The translations under genes were made by a program, and so were the position numbers. A DNA stretch of 64,000 nucleotides from Thermoproteota archaeon. Lineage in GTDB: Archaea > Thermoproteota > Thermoprotei > Gearchaeales > Gearchaeaceae. This document shows positions 1 through 10,197 of the stretch, in pieces (position 1 is the first letter of the stretch; every line of letters starts with the position of its first letter). Location of the stretch: the NCBI GenBank assembly GCA_032249235.1, contig JAVVGF010000004.1:96001-160000 (forward strand). The letters run 5' to 3'. Under the pieces are notes generated by a model. It worked only from the letters and a program-made list of their open reading frames with translations. It was not told the origin of the DNA and searched no databases.

Positions 1-525
1 GTCAAATCACTTAAAGGAATAAAGAAAGGCTATAGGCTAATTTTAGAGCTTACTCAAGAAAATCTTTTGAGACTTGAATTCATAGGAAAAGGAAGGCATG
101 CTTTCGAATTTCCTTTGCTTGATATTTCTCCTGAATCAATTCCTTCGCTGAAATTGAATTTTGAAGCACATGTTAAAATAGAGACAGATATAATAGGGAA
201 TGCCATAAAAAATCTAGAGAAATTCAGTGATTATATTAGATTCAAGGCTACCAGCGATAAGCTAATTTTACATGGGAGAAGTGAAAAAGGAAGGGCGAGC
301 TCAGAATTTCTTAGAGATGAATTGATAAGCTTAGATGTAGTTAAAGACTGTGAAGCTTCTTATTCTACTGAATATCTACTCAATATACTGGGAAGGAGCG
401 AATTATCTGAAGTAACTAGCATAGAATTCGGAAACAGAATGCCTCTAAAGGCTACCTATATGCTTGCAGGTGAAGGAGAGGTATCTTATTACTTAGCACC
501 TAGAACAGAAACTGAAATTGAATGA
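1..525 (+). CDS. pcn: PCNA sliding clamp (5'-truncated by window edge)
   Basis: Frame 1 is open from base 1. C-terminal PCNA motifs YSTEYL, FGNRMPL and YYLAPR. Sits upstream of primase genes. Confidence 0.9.
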   Translation, partial: VKSLKGIKKGYRLILELTQENLLRLEFIGKGRHAFEFPLLDISPESIPSLKLNFEAHVKIETDIIGNAIKNLEKFSDYIRFKATSDKLILHGRSEKGRASSEFLRDELISLDVVKDCEASYSTEYLLNILGRSELSEVTSIEFGNRMPLKATYMLAGEGEVSYYLAPRTETEIE

Positions 526-1556
526 GTATAGATGTCAAAGAATTATCAAAATATCCTTTTCTTGATTCCCTTAAGGAATATTTAGAAATTTCTGATTTTA
601 ACCTTGAGGAGATATTAAATAAGGAAAATAAAATACTTAATGCTTCTATAGCTAGAATAAAATCATTGAATGAAAAGGACTATTCATTCGATTTTGATCC
701 CGATACCAATATAAAAAGCTTTGTTGTTAGCCTTTTCATTGTTGCTCATTTAGGGACAGCTTTTATAGAGAAATTTGCAGAAAGAGAATCTAAAAGGTTA
801 TCTAGAATAATAAAAAGTGAGATAGAAAATAAAAATTTTAGTGAAATAATAAAGATTTCAAGAGTTTTAGTATCTAAGGATATTAATTTAAAACAAATTA
901 AAACTAAAAATTCTACAATTGATTCTTTTTATTTAAAAATAAAAGATTATTTAAAATATGCAGCTTATTTAGGAGATTACAATTGGGCTCTTGCTTTTCA
1001 TGAAATAAAAGAAGGATATATTTATCTAACTTCTAAAGAATTATCAAGAATTTTAGAAGAAGCTTATAGGCAATGGATAATAATTAAATGCAATGAATTA
1101 AGAGACATATATCTGCCTATGATTGAGCCTTTGATAGAGAAAATAAGCAAGGAATTGCCTCCTATTAAAAGAGTTTCTCATTACGAAGAAAAAATTGAAT
1201 ATAAAGGAGTAGATCCTCCATGTATGAGAATTCTCTTGAATGATCTAAAGAGCGGTAAAAAGCTTTCGCATATGGGAAACTTTGCTCTAGCTACTTATTT
1301 AAGAGTAATAGGTTATTCCGTTGAAGAGGCATTAGAATTATTCAAAAATCTTCCAGATTTTAAGGAGAATATAGCAAGATATCAAATAGAGCATATATAT
1401 GGCTTAAGAGGTGGAAGAAAAGTATATTCTGTTCCTAGCTGTATAACATTAAGAGCTGCAAATCTTTGCTTTCCAGAATCTCCTGGATGCGATAATATCA
1501 AGCATCCTTTACAATATATTAAAAAAATTAAAAATGTCAGAAAGCAAAATAATTAA
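522..1556 (+). CDS. priL: DNA primase large subunit
   Basis: N-terminal KYPF. C-terminal Fe-S domain PPCM...YQIEHIYG...PSC...LC...C...KHPLQY. Confidence 0.9.
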   Translation: MSIDVKELSKYPFLDSLKEYLEISDFNLEEILNKENKILNASIARIKSLNEKDYSFDFDPDTNIKSFVVSLFIVAHLGTAFIEKFAERESKRLSRIIKSEIENKNFSEIIKISRVLVSKDINLKQIKTKNSTIDSFYLKIKDYLKYAAYLGDYNWALAFHEIKEGYIYLTSKELSRILEEAYRQWIIIKCNELRDIYLPMIEPLIEKISKELPPIKRVSHYEEKIEYKGVDPPCMRILLNDLKSGKKLSHMGNFALATYLRVIGYSVEEALELFKNLPDFKENIARYQIEHIYGLRGGRKVYSVPSCITLRAANLCFPESPGCDNIKHPLQYIKKIKNVRKQNN

Positions 1557-2766
1557 TCTATTCAGAAGTTATTATGCAAATTTAAAAGAAGAAGATTTGA
1601 ATGTTAGGAATCTAGAAAATAGAGAATTTGCTATATGGAATTTCAATTCGAATACAATGAAAAGACACTTGGCATTTAAGGATTCTAAAGAATTGAAAAA
1701 ATTTTTAATTTCTCAATCTCCTAGGCATGTATATTATTCAGCGAGCATTTATGAATATCCCTCGATACCAGATATGGAAATGAAGAGGATAGTTAAAACA
1801 GATCTCATATTCGATATCGACATAGATCATGTTCCTACAGAATGCAAAAAAATCCATGATTCCTGGACTTGTAAGAACTGCAATAATTCTGGAAAAGGTT
1901 ATGTCGAAGTATGTCCTGTTTGCAACAGTTATTCTTTAGAAAAATTCAGTTTTGTTTGCAATGAATGTCTTAATGTAGCAAAAGAAAAAGCTCTAATCCT
2001 CATTGAAGACTTTTTATTCGCAGATTTAGGCGTTTCAAAAGATGAAGTAAAAATAGTTTTTTCGGGAAATAGAGGTTACCACATACACGTTTTTAATGAG
2101 GAATGGTCTAGTTTAGATTCTAAAGCTAGAAGTATGCTTATAGATTACATAAAAGGCATTAGCGCTAAGTTATATCTACATGAATATTTAAAAAAGAATA
2201 AGTATAAATTCAAAGGAATTTTGGCTTCTGGTTTTCCTTCAAGATTTGCTGAGAAATTACTTGAAACGATGCTTACTATAGATAATATGATCAACAAGCT
2301 AGATTTGAAAAAAGAAATCATTGAAGGAATAATGTCTAATAAAGAAAGAATAATATTGGCTATGCAAGGTTATGTCTGCGACTACAGCTTCATTAAAGAA
2401 TTTGGAAAAAAAGCGAAAGATATTCTAAATAAAGTGATTGAAGAAATAAGTGTTGAAATCGATGAAAGAGTAACTGTAGATTTGCACAGATTGATCCGCA
2501 TGCCAAATACTATTCATGGTAAAACGGGTTTGAAAGTTACTTCAATGAATTATGAAGATCTTGAAAATTTCGAGCCATATAGAGATAGCATAGTATTTAA
2601 GAAGGGTTATGCTAAGATTAAATATAAAGTGAAAGCTGATTTTCCTAAAATAATAATGGACGAAACTGAATATGATCTTCAAAACATCGAAAATAAACCG
2701 ATTCCTTTATTTCTAGCTTTATATTTAGCTTTAAACGAATATGCTACGATAAATGAGTTCATTTAA
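1534..2766 (+). CDS. priS: DNA primase small subunit with zinc-ribbon insertion
   Basis: REFA, DLIFDID, FSGNRGYHI and IDERVTVDLHRLIRMPNTIHGKTG motifs. Confidence 0.95.
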   Translation: MSESKIINLFRSYYANLKEEDLNVRNLENREFAIWNFNSNTMKRHLAFKDSKELKKFLISQSPRHVYYSASIYEYPSIPDMEMKRIVKTDLIFDIDIDHVPTECKKIHDSWTCKNCNNSGKGYVEVCPVCNSYSLEKFSFVCNECLNVAKEKALILIEDFLFADLGVSKDEVKIVFSGNRGYHIHVFNEEWSSLDSKARSMLIDYIKGISAKLYLHEYLKKNKYKFKGILASGFPSRFAEKLLETMLTIDNMINKLDLKKEIIEGIMSNKERIILAMQGYVCDYSFIKEFGKKAKDILNKVIEEISVEIDERVTVDLHRLIRMPNTIHGKTGLKVTSMNYEDLENFEPYRDSIVFKKGYAKIKYKVKADFPKIIMDETEYDLQNIENKPIPLFLALYLALNEYATINEFI

Positions 2767-3247
2767 AGATCCTTTTATAAAAAAACTTTATGAAAAACTA
2801 AATGAAGAAAGAGCTAATTCTCTTGCTTTAAATCCTAATAAGAGCTTGTATGAGCTTCTTTATGAACTTGCTAAAAGAGAATCTCCAAAAAATGAAAATC
2901 TTAATGGTAAAATCAAGCAACTAGAATTGAAGCTTGCTAAATTATTGGCTTACTCTATAATAAGGCATAAATCGAAGAAAATATCGAAGTATTTCAATAT
3001 GGGATTATCTAATCCTTCTTTTTTGGAAATATTGTTCAGTGCAGAAAGTAAATTCTTCAAAAAGATCTCAGAAAAATTATCTTTAATAATCATAACTGGA
3101 GAAGAAGGGATACCAATTGTTACAGGAGAAGAAGGTATCAAATATGGCCCTTTCAAAAAGGGAGATATAGTTTTTATATCAGAAAGTTTTTCTTCTTTAT
3201 TAATAAAAAAGAAATTAGCGAGGTTGATGAAAAGTGAAAGTACCTGA
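2753..3247 (+). CDS. GINS subunit (Gins15/51-like)
   Basis: C-terminal B-domain motif YGPFKKGDIV. Canonical position between priS and rpl44e. Confidence 0.7.
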   Translation: MSSFKDPFIKKLYEKLNEERANSLALNPNKSLYELLYELAKRESPKNENLNGKIKQLELKLAKLLAYSIIRHKSKKISKYFNMGLSNPSFLEILFSAESKFFKKISEKLSLIIITGEEGIPIVTGEEGIKYGPFKKGDIVFISESFSSLLIKKKLARLMKSEST

Positions 3248-3515
3248 TACAATAAGGACATATTGTCCTAGATGTAATGCTCATACAGAGCATAAAGTAG
3301 AGCTATATAAAACAGGAAAGAGAAGAAACCTAGCACAAGGTCAAAGAAGATATTTGAGGAAAAATTTAGGATATGGAAGCAAAAGAACTGCGGAACAAAA
3401 GCGCTTCGCAAAGACCACAAAAAAACAAGTCCTTAAATTGATTTGCGTAAAATGCAAGTATGTCTTGCATAGGAAAGGTATTAGGCTTAAGAAAATAGAA
3501 ATAGTTAAGAAGTGA
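3234..3515 (+). CDS. rpl44e: 50S ribosomal protein L44e
   Basis: TYCPRCNAHTEH...GYG...AKTTKK...C..C. Confidence 0.97.
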   Translation: MKVPDTIRTYCPRCNAHTEHKVELYKTGKRRNLAQGQRRYLRKNLGYGSKRTAEQKRFAKTTKKQVLKLICVKCKYVLHRKGIRLKKIEIVKK

Positions 3516-3516
3516 A

Positions 3517-3717
3517 ATGGTGAAGAAAAGAAAGGAAATAATACCAAGACCTAAAAGCTGTTTCATAAAAGTTAAGTGCAATAACTGCGGAGCTGAAAGG
3601 ATAATATTCGATCATACAACAACTTTGATAACATGTAGAATATGTAAAGAAATCCTAGCAGAACCCACTGGAGGGAAAGCAATAATAAAAGCAAAGGTAG
3701 TAGCGAAGTATGGTTGA
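3517..3717 (+). CDS. rps27e: 30S ribosomal protein S27e
   Basis: PRPKSCFIKVKC..C...C..C...LAEPTGGKA. Confidence 0.97.
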   Translation: MVKKRKEIIPRPKSCFIKVKCNNCGAERIIFDHTTTLITCRICKEILAEPTGGKAIIKAKVVAKYG

Positions 3718-4495
3718 GCTGCCTAAGGTGAATTCTATTGTCATTGCTACTGCAAAGAAAGTCTTAGAGCATGGAGCATATTTCACGCTAGATGAATATG
3801 GATCTTTAGAAGCTTATATGCCAATAGGAGAAGTTTCCAGTAGTAGAATTGTAGATATCGAAGACGCAATAAAAGTAGGTAAGAAATACGTATGTAAAGT
3901 TATAAGAGTCGATCCTTCAAGGGCTTATGTTGATATCTCTTTAAAAAGAGTAACTGAACAAGAAAGGAGAAAAAAACTTATTGAATGGAAGAGAAATCAA
4001 AGAGCTGAAAAACTAATAGAAATGCTTGCTAACAAGGTTAAAATGGATAAGCAGTCTCTTATGAATAAGCTTTCACATTATATCGGTACTTATTTTGAAG
4101 ATTATCTTGCTTTCTTTGAAAAACCAATAAAAGAAGGAAGCGAAGTGCTAGATAATTTAGATATCGATACTAACATAAAAAATTCGATAATCGAAATAGC
4201 AAAAGAATATATAAGAATACCTATTCCAGAGCTTAAAGAAGAGATATCATTTTTTAGCCTAGCTAAAAATGGAGTAATTCAAATAAAAGAAATATTGAAT
4301 CATGCATACAATGAAACTTCATCTATCAAAGGAATTAAAGGGATTGAAATTAGCTATCTAGGAGCTACGCGCTTTCTTGTTAGGATTCAAGCAAGTAACT
4401 ATAAAATAGGCGAGCTTGCAAAAGAGAGATTCAACACGATTTTAAATGAAAAATCCAAAGCATTAGGTGTTAGCTTTTCTTTCAAGGAGCTTTAA
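3710..4495 (+). CDS. eif2a: translation initiation factor 2 alpha subunit
   Basis: S1 domain (GAYFTLDEY, VIRVD...YVDISLKRV). Follows rps27e. Confidence 0.95.
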   Translation: MVELPKVNSIVIATAKKVLEHGAYFTLDEYGSLEAYMPIGEVSSSRIVDIEDAIKVGKKYVCKVIRVDPSRAYVDISLKRVTEQERRKKLIEWKRNQRAEKLIEMLANKVKMDKQSLMNKLSHYIGTYFEDYLAFFEKPIKEGSEVLDNLDIDTNIKNSIIEIAKEYIRIPIPELKEEISFFSLAKNGVIQIKEILNHAYNETSSIKGIKGIEISYLGATRFLVRIQASNYKIGELAKERFNTILNEKSKALGVSFSFKEL

Positions 4496-4658
4496 TCTTT
4501 CCTTTCCTAGCTATTATAGCCTGGAATTTTATTTCTAAATATTTGTCAAGCGGTGAGAATTTAGGAGGATGAACATTCATTAATTCTTTAGATTTACAAA
4601 CAGGGCATTCGTTTTTTATGGTATATCTCTTACAGTTGCTGCACTTAAGTATTGCCAA
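4482..4658 (-). CDS. nop10: H/ACA RNP protein Nop10 (58 aa, missing from ORF track)
   Basis: Manual translation from TTG at 4658: [58 protein letters not shown]. Zn knuckle plus the HPPKFSPxDKY signature. Confidence 0.93.
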   Translation of the reverse strand: MAILKCSNCKRYTIKNECPVCKSKELMNVHPPKFSPLDKYLEIKFQAIIARKGKIKAP

Positions 4659-6786
4659 TTTTTTCTGGATATAATATTTTGAAAATTAAAACTGAACCAT
4701 GAGGAGATTGATATACAAGTGTGAAATATGTAGGAGCAGGTATGTTGATTTGATTTAAAATTGAGGGGTATATTTGTCTTTTGTTGGGTATGTTAAGGAA
4801 AAGCATTTTATAAAGAACTACATCTTTTGCTTTTGGCCCTATTGGCAAAGTTAAGGCTACTTGCTGATTACCTATTGTAATAGTAGTTGTATTTAAATAC
4901 CATTGTCTGACTTGTTGATCTGTATAGTTATATCCAATCCTTAGCATCCAATAACTTTTTTCAAGATCGCCTCCAATAGGTATTAAATAACCGCTAGCAT
5001 TGTACATGTCTTCATAAACTAGCACGTATGAAGCACCGAATTTCTTCAAAATATTTAGTGAAGTATTTTCATCGCTTATCAATGCTCTTGCTAACAAGTA
5101 TATTTGAGTATAGTTGAAGTTAGCGTTATCAGCTAAAGTTATTCTTCCAGTATTCACAGTTATCCAATAACCATAATCCCACCATGAAGCGATCACAGCA
5201 TTTTGCGGTAAGCTATTTTTAATCCATTCAAAAGTAGCTATCCAGTCATATGTAACACTTCCTGTTTCTGTAGAAATTATGCTTTGAGGTATACTTGCTG
5301 CTCTTAATGGATTGGTTTGCGTTGCTGTACTTGTAAATATCGTGATAAGAATTAAGACTATTAATAATACAGCTCCATAGTTAGTAGGTATTCCTTTAAA
5401 TAAGCGTGCTCTCCTTCTTTCCAAATATTCTTTAGGAGGTCTGAATATTGCGGCATATGATCCTATTATCGAAGCAAGGGCGATTGCTCCAACAATCATT
5501 GTAGGCTGAACTGATAGCATAAATAATCTATTCGTTGCTGCAGTTGCGTGTAATGAAGTTAGCGTAGTAATAATCATGAATATATCCATGTTAGAAGCTC
5601 TTTTTGTTATCAAATAGATTCCAAAAGGAAGCATTATGAACATTAAATTGAAATTCAAAAAGAATTGGGCCCAACTTGTTGCATAATGTTCAGCTACCGA
5701 TTCTAACCATGGATTTTGTGATTTATAAAATGGATTTATTACAATTAAGAATTTCCCAACTATACCTTGAAAATATCCAAGTCTTTCTAATAAATAAGCA
5801 ATTCCTATTGTACCGCCTATTACTGAAGCTAAATAAACTGTAAGCCTTAAAGGTGTGATCCTTTTCAAAATCTTAAATAGATAAAGTTCAGCAAAAATTG
5901 CAACGTAAGCAAGATAAACTAAAAGCATTTGTGCTGAAGGAAGATATCCTCTAGCTCTTGGTACGATCAAAGCAAAAATCAAAGCTATCGTCATTGAAAT
6001 CAAATAGCTCTTTATTATATCGTTGTTGATCCTTCTAAACACGACAAGCACTATGATCGTTAATGCAAAGAGATTGAGAACGTAAATGAAAGCTCCCCAT
6101 GTCATGACTATCAATCCAAGAGCTATGCCTCCTACGAATGGCCAAATTCTTGTGTTGCCTTTCATCGCTTTAAGGAATGATAAAATAAAAAGTGCAATGT
6201 ATATTTGAGAAATACTATCATCATCGAAGAAACCATAACTTGTTCTAGGTAAAGTCGCAGCAGAAATTGCGAAGAAAAATGAAGCTATCAATCCGGCTGT
6301 TTTGCTATGCAGTTCTTTACCTATGAAATATAACAAAACAGTTGTTATCGCAGCAGAAAAAGCAGGAATGAAGCCTACTACATACATCATAGGTAAATTG
6401 ATACCCAAACCTTTCAAAATCAAGTAAATAAAAGCGCCGACAAAAGGAACACCTGGGTAAGCATTAGAAGGTATATCTCGACCGGTAGGATACCAGAATA
6501 GTTTATTAACTGGTTGAGTAAACCATGCAATGAATCCACCCCAACCTTTATCTACTATCCATTGTGCTTGATAATATTGAAAATAAGGATCGAACTCATT
6601 CAAATAAGGTCCATATTTTAATGGTATCAACCTTATTGATAACGTAACTATGAAATTGAATGTTAATACAGCTGCAATTAATAACGTTTCTGCTGAAGGT
6701 TTTGGTAAGCCTTTAAATGGCTTGGCTAGCCAAGAAAATGCATTTTTAATTTTTCTCTTGAAACTCATTGAATTTTTAAATATCAA
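4645..6786 (-). CDS. aglB: oligosaccharyltransferase AglB (STT3)
   Basis: [22 protein letters not shown] and DLEK motifs. Many TM helices. Confidence 0.96.
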   Translation of the reverse strand: MIFKNSMSFKRKIKNAFSWLAKPFKGLPKPSAETLLIAAVLTFNFIVTLSIRLIPLKYGPYLNEFDPYFQYYQAQWIVDKGWGGFIAWFTQPVNKLFWYPTGRDIPSNAYPGVPFVGAFIYLILKGLGINLPMMYVVGFIPAFSAAITTVLLYFIGKELHSKTAGLIASFFFAISAATLPRTSYGFFDDDSISQIYIALFILSFLKAMKGNTRIWPFVGGIALGLIVMTWGAFIYVLNLFALTIIVLVVFRRINNDIIKSYLISMTIALIFALIVPRARGYLPSAQMLLVYLAYVAIFAELYLFKILKRITPLRLTVYLASVIGGTIGIAYLLERLGYFQGIVGKFLIVINPFYKSQNPWLESVAEHYATSWAQFFLNFNLMFIMLPFGIYLITKRASNMDIFMIITTLTSLHATAATNRLFMLSVQPTMIVGAIALASIIGSYAAIFRPPKEYLERRRARLFKGIPTNYGAVLLIVLILITIFTSTATQTNPLRAASIPQSIISTETGSVTYDWIATFEWIKNSLPQNAVIASWWDYGYWITVNTGRITLADNANFNYTQIYLLARALISDENTSLNILKKFGASYVLVYEDMYNASGYLIPIGGDLEKSYWMLRIGYNYTDQQVRQWYLNTTTITIGNQQVALTLPIGPKAKDVVLYKMLFLNIPNKRQIYPSILNQINIPAPTYFTLVYQSPHGSVLIFKILYPEKIGNT

Positions 6787-6803
6787 AATATTATTTAACC
6801 TTT

Positions 6804-7187
6804 ATGAGTTCGCCATATCCTAAGGATAGAAAATATACTAAAGAGCATGAATGGGCTTTATTAGAAAAGAACATTGCAGTTGTCGGTATAACATGGTATG
6901 CACAATCGAAATTGAAGGATATAGTATATATCGAGCTACCAAAAGTAGGAAAGAAAGTTAAGAAGGGAGATGTATTAGCTGTGGTAGAATCTGTGAAGAC
7001 TGCTTCAGATGTTTATTCTCCTCTTAGCGGTGAAGTAATAGAGGTGAATGTAAAGTTGGAAAGAAATCCTGAGCTCATAAATAAAGATCCTTACGGAGAA
7101 GGGTGGATAGCCAAAATAAAGATAGAGAATGTAGATGAAATTAAAGAATTATTATCAGCTGAGGAGTATGAGAAGTTAGTTTCGTGA
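6804..7187 (+). CDS. gcvH: glycine cleavage H protein / lipoyl carrier
   Basis: YTKEHEW, lipoyl-Lys motif [19 protein letters not shown]. Confidence 0.96.
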   Translation: MSSPYPKDRKYTKEHEWALLEKNIAVVGITWYAQSKLKDIVYIELPKVGKKVKKGDVLAVVESVKTASDVYSPLSGEVIEVNVKLERNPELINKDPYGEGWIAKIKIENVDEIKELLSAEEYEKLVS

Positions 7188-7754
7188 TTTAATCTTAGAT
7201 AAAACATAAGGAAAGGAAATACCTTTATTTTTCAATACTTTTAACCATGTTTCATATGCAATGTCTAAATATTTTTTCATTTCTTCAGGAGTTTCAGCCT
7301 TTTGACTTTCGTAAAGAGTATATTCTACAATTGCTTTAGCATGTTCTATATCGAGAGGGTCTTTTAGTTCGAGCCCTTTCTCTTCAATTATCCTTCGTGA
7401 ATTTTCTATATCAAAAACATAAATTGGTCTTCTTCTATAGCCAGATATAAATATCCAAATCATGCTTCCGATTATGATAGAATATGAAATCATAAGTAAG
7501 CCATTGCTATTAACATAACGTGCTATTAAATAGGCTATGCTTCCTATAAGCAATCCAAACATCCCAGTTATTGGATTAGGTTTCTTTATCATAGTGAACG
7601 GGTCTATGAATGCGATATCATAAATTAAAGATAACAAAAACAATCTCCTTAGTTGAGATAACCACTTTAATTGTTCTTCCATCAAAAATAAATTTATATG
7701 AACTGAAATATATCGTAACATGGCTAGAAAAGAAAGAATAAGCAATTTGACCAT
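7176..7754 (-). CDS. hypothetical membrane protein (true start probably downstream of 7754)
   Basis: ORF with 2-3 hydrophobic helices and a charged C-terminus. The annotated start overlaps the divergent gene. Confidence 0.55.
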   Translation of the reverse strand: MVKLLILSFLAMLRYISVHINLFLMEEQLKWLSQLRRLFLLSLIYDIAFIDPFTMIKKPNPITGMFGLLIGSIAYLIARYVNSNGLLMISYSIIIGSMIWIFISGYRRRPIYVFDIENSRRIIEEKGLELKDPLDIEHAKAIVEYTLYESQKAETPEEMKKYLDIAYETWLKVLKNKGISFPYVLSKIKSRN

Positions 7755-8124
7755 TAAAATAAAAGAAGGATTGAGATATTTCTTTAATAATTTGTCTCCT
7801 TATGTTTTAGCTTTGATAACGATCGCTTATTTGTCTGGTTTCATATTTATAGCTACTCAAAATGCATTGCCATATATTCAAACCTCTCCCAATTCGCCAC
7901 CTATTATAATTTATCCAAATTCCTCTACACAACAAACTATTCTTGAAACAGTTTTGGTTTATATTGTATTGCTTCTCATATATGTTAGTCTTTTGGCTTT
8001 ATACATAATAGGTACAAGAAGATATCATGCAAAGCCGCCTACAACTCTTTTATCTCTATCGATTTTCATGCTATTTGTTTTATTCTTCATTCTCTGGGTA
8101 ATTTTATTGCAAAAGGTTCCTTAA
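7720..8124 (+). CDS. OST3/OST6/DC2(OSTC)-like 3-TM membrane protein
   Basis: SG...PY...SSTQQTILETVLV...VLFF...K pattern resembles the C-terminal membrane region of OST3/OST6/MAGT1 and DC2. About 1 kb from aglB. Confidence 0.6.
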   Translation: MARKERISNLTIKIKEGLRYFFNNLSPYVLALITIAYLSGFIFIATQNALPYIQTSPNSPPIIIYPNSSTQQTILETVLVYIVLLLIYVSLLALYIIGTRRYHAKPPTTLLSLSIFMLFVLFFILWVILLQKVP

Positions 8125-8664
8125 TCAATACGGTTTCTTCTTCAAACCCATTTTGAAAGCGCTAACGTTTGTGAATATATGAACGATAAAGGTGATCATG
8201 AAAACATATATTACGAAATCATAAGGTAAAGGACCTAAAACAAGAGATCTAAAAAATATTGCAAAGATTAAAAATCCTGTCTGATCGAATATAGGTAACA
8301 TTTCACCTCTTTCTATTCCAATTCTTCTTTTTATAAATGAGCCAAGTAAATCTCCAAACATTGTACCTGTTACCAAAAGAATTCCTTCAATCCAATTTAA
8401 GTACAATTCTATTCTTAAAAAATTGCTTAAGTTATAAAGAACCATGAAATAAACAAAACCTATTAATAAACCAAAGAGCGTTCCTTCCAATGTTTTACCG
8501 TCTCCAAATATTCTTCTTCCATCGCTGAGTTTTTTCCCCATATCCAAAGGTCTTTTTTCATCGAATAAGCTATCTAAAAAAAGCGGAGCTGCATTCGCTG
8601 CATAACAAGGCGATACATAAAGCAACGGGTATATGTAGAGAATGAAATTATCCATGTTATTCAA
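8125..8664 (-). CDS. carS: CDP-archaeol synthase
   Basis: YAANAAP, PLDMG...DGRRIFGDGKT.EG and GDLLGSFIKRR.G..RG...P..DQ motifs. Confidence 0.93.
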   Translation of the reverse strand: MNNMDNFILYIYPLLYVSPCYAANAAPLFLDSLFDEKRPLDMGKKLSDGRRIFGDGKTLEGTLFGLLIGFVYFMVLYNLSNFLRIELYLNWIEGILLVTGTMFGDLLGSFIKRRIGIERGEMLPIFDQTGFLIFAIFFRSLVLGPLPYDFVIYVFMITFIVHIFTNVSAFKMGLKKKPY

Positions 8665-9194
8665 GAATATTTAAATTCAGTCATTATTGAGCCGTTTCTT
8701 TTAATTTGGACTTTAAAATATTCATCCTCTTCGAATACTCTTATCTCATAGTCGCACCAATAATTAATTAAATTGAGCAAAGGTTCCTTTTCATATTCAG
8801 TAATAAATATATTTATTAAATTTTTATCTATACTCATAAAATATAAATAACATAATATCATATTAAATCTTGAATAGTATAAAATTTTATTTTTTATTTC
8901 TAAATTTAAAAAAGAAATTTTATCAAAGAAAATTACAGATTCATTTTCAATATTATTATTAAAAAGAAATTCTATAATATCATCAAGTCTTTCATATATA
9001 AGAAATTCTATTCCGTTATTTTTTGATTGTTTAAAATTTTTCAAGATATCAAATAAGTTTGATGATAGATAAATTATTTTTTTATTTGATAAAATTTGAT
9101 TCAATAAAATATTTATGAAGAAGTTTTTAGTCTTTTCATTTTTTGCAATTAATCTAATATTACAATGGCTTCTACTAAAAATATCTTTTAACAT
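8661..9194 (-). CDS. hypothetical protein, possibly a degenerate RecA/RadB-fold
   Basis: 177-aa ORF overlapping carS by 4 nt. IIYLS and VIFFDKIS resemble RecA-fold strands, but there is no Walker A. Confidence 0.4.
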   Translation of the reverse strand: MLKDIFSRSHCNIRLIAKNEKTKNFFINILLNQILSNKKIIYLSSNLFDILKNFKQSKNNGIEFLIYERLDDIIEFLFNNNIENESVIFFDKISFLNLEIKNKILYYSRFNMILCYLYFMSIDKNLINIFITEYEKEPLLNLINYWCDYEIRVFEEDEYFKVQIKRNGSIMTEFKYS

Positions 9195-9195
9195 A

Positions 9196-9270
9196 CGCCC
9201 CGGGTGGGATTCGAACCCACGACCTACGGCTTAGGAGGCCGCCGCTCTATCCTGGCTGAGCTACCAGGGC
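9196..9270 (-). tRNA. tRNA-Arg(CCT)
   Basis: Reverse complement GCCCTGGTAGCTCAGCCAGGATAGAGCGGCGGCCTCCTAAGCCGTAGGTCGTGGGTTCGAATCCCACCCGGGGCG folds as a cloverleaf. No encoded CCA. Confidence 0.96.
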
Positions 9271-9343
9271 ATCTGTTGATTATTTTATCTATTGAAATAC
9301 TTATTCTTTTTTGGGGTGATGTTATATTTAGTTTATAATTAAG

Positions 9344-10174
9344 TTGATGAGGGCTGTTTCAGCTGCTGTAGGATCTTTGTTTTTAGCTTTTTTGATAATC
9401 TCATTTACTTTTCTATTCGTAAATTTAACTGGAAGGACTTTTGATTCTCTTTCAAATTTCATCATGAATTTTCAAAAAGAGAAAGAAAAGAACGAAGAAA
9501 AACTCTTTGTGATACCATTAATTGACAGATTCTTGCCAAGTAAGATTACATTACTTAATTATACTTCTTATTCAGGTAATCTAATTAACTTACTAAAGAA
9601 TAAAGGCTTAATATTAAGTTCAAACAGCGGCTCTATTGCTCTGAAGATCTACTTTGAAAATATTACTTCCTACTCCGATACATGGATATTTGAAATGAAT
9701 TATTCAGTGTTAAGTTCAAACCAAACAACTGTGACTTTAAGAATATCAACAAGCGAAGGATTTGTTTTTAAACAATTTAATTTAACAGTCTCAGATATAT
9801 CTGGATTTTCATTTCTCGATATTATTATACGCGATACAAAGCAGTTTTTCCAGAATAATTCACTTGAATTGATCATTAGCCTTAACTCAAGCGTGCATAA
9901 TTTCTTATTACTTAATTTGAGAAGTTTGAGCTTTAAGGCTATAAGTAACGGAGATCACTATCTTAGCGTTTATGTTTTCAATGAAAGTGAGCAATACATT
10001 ATGATCAAAGATTTGATAATTTTCAATTCTGAAAATTTTGAATATAGGAAAAGTTCTTATTATTTATCGCCTTTAGGATTTCAGCAAATCATAATCAAAA
10101 CATCTATTACAGAAGGATATCTGAAGTTAATAACTCAAATAGGTAACGTGTATGTTTATCCGATAACTAATTAA
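9344..10174 (+). CDS. secreted protein with class III (pilin-like) signal peptide
   Basis: N-terminus MMRA/VSAAVGSLFLAFLII, followed by a beta-rich, Asn/Ser-rich body. Confidence 0.55.
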   Translation: MMRAVSAAVGSLFLAFLIISFTFLFVNLTGRTFDSLSNFIMNFQKEKEKNEEKLFVIPLIDRFLPSKITLLNYTSYSGNLINLLKNKGLILSSNSGSIALKIYFENITSYSDTWIFEMNYSVLSSNQTTVTLRISTSEGFVFKQFNLTVSDISGFSFLDIIIRDTKQFFQNNSLELIISLNSSVHNFLLLNLRSLSFKAISNGDHYLSVYVFNESEQYIMIKDLIIFNSENFEYRKSSYYLSPLGFQQIIIKTSITEGYLKLITQIGNVYVYPITN

Positions 10175-10197
10175 TTTGTTATTATTCTTTATTTTCA

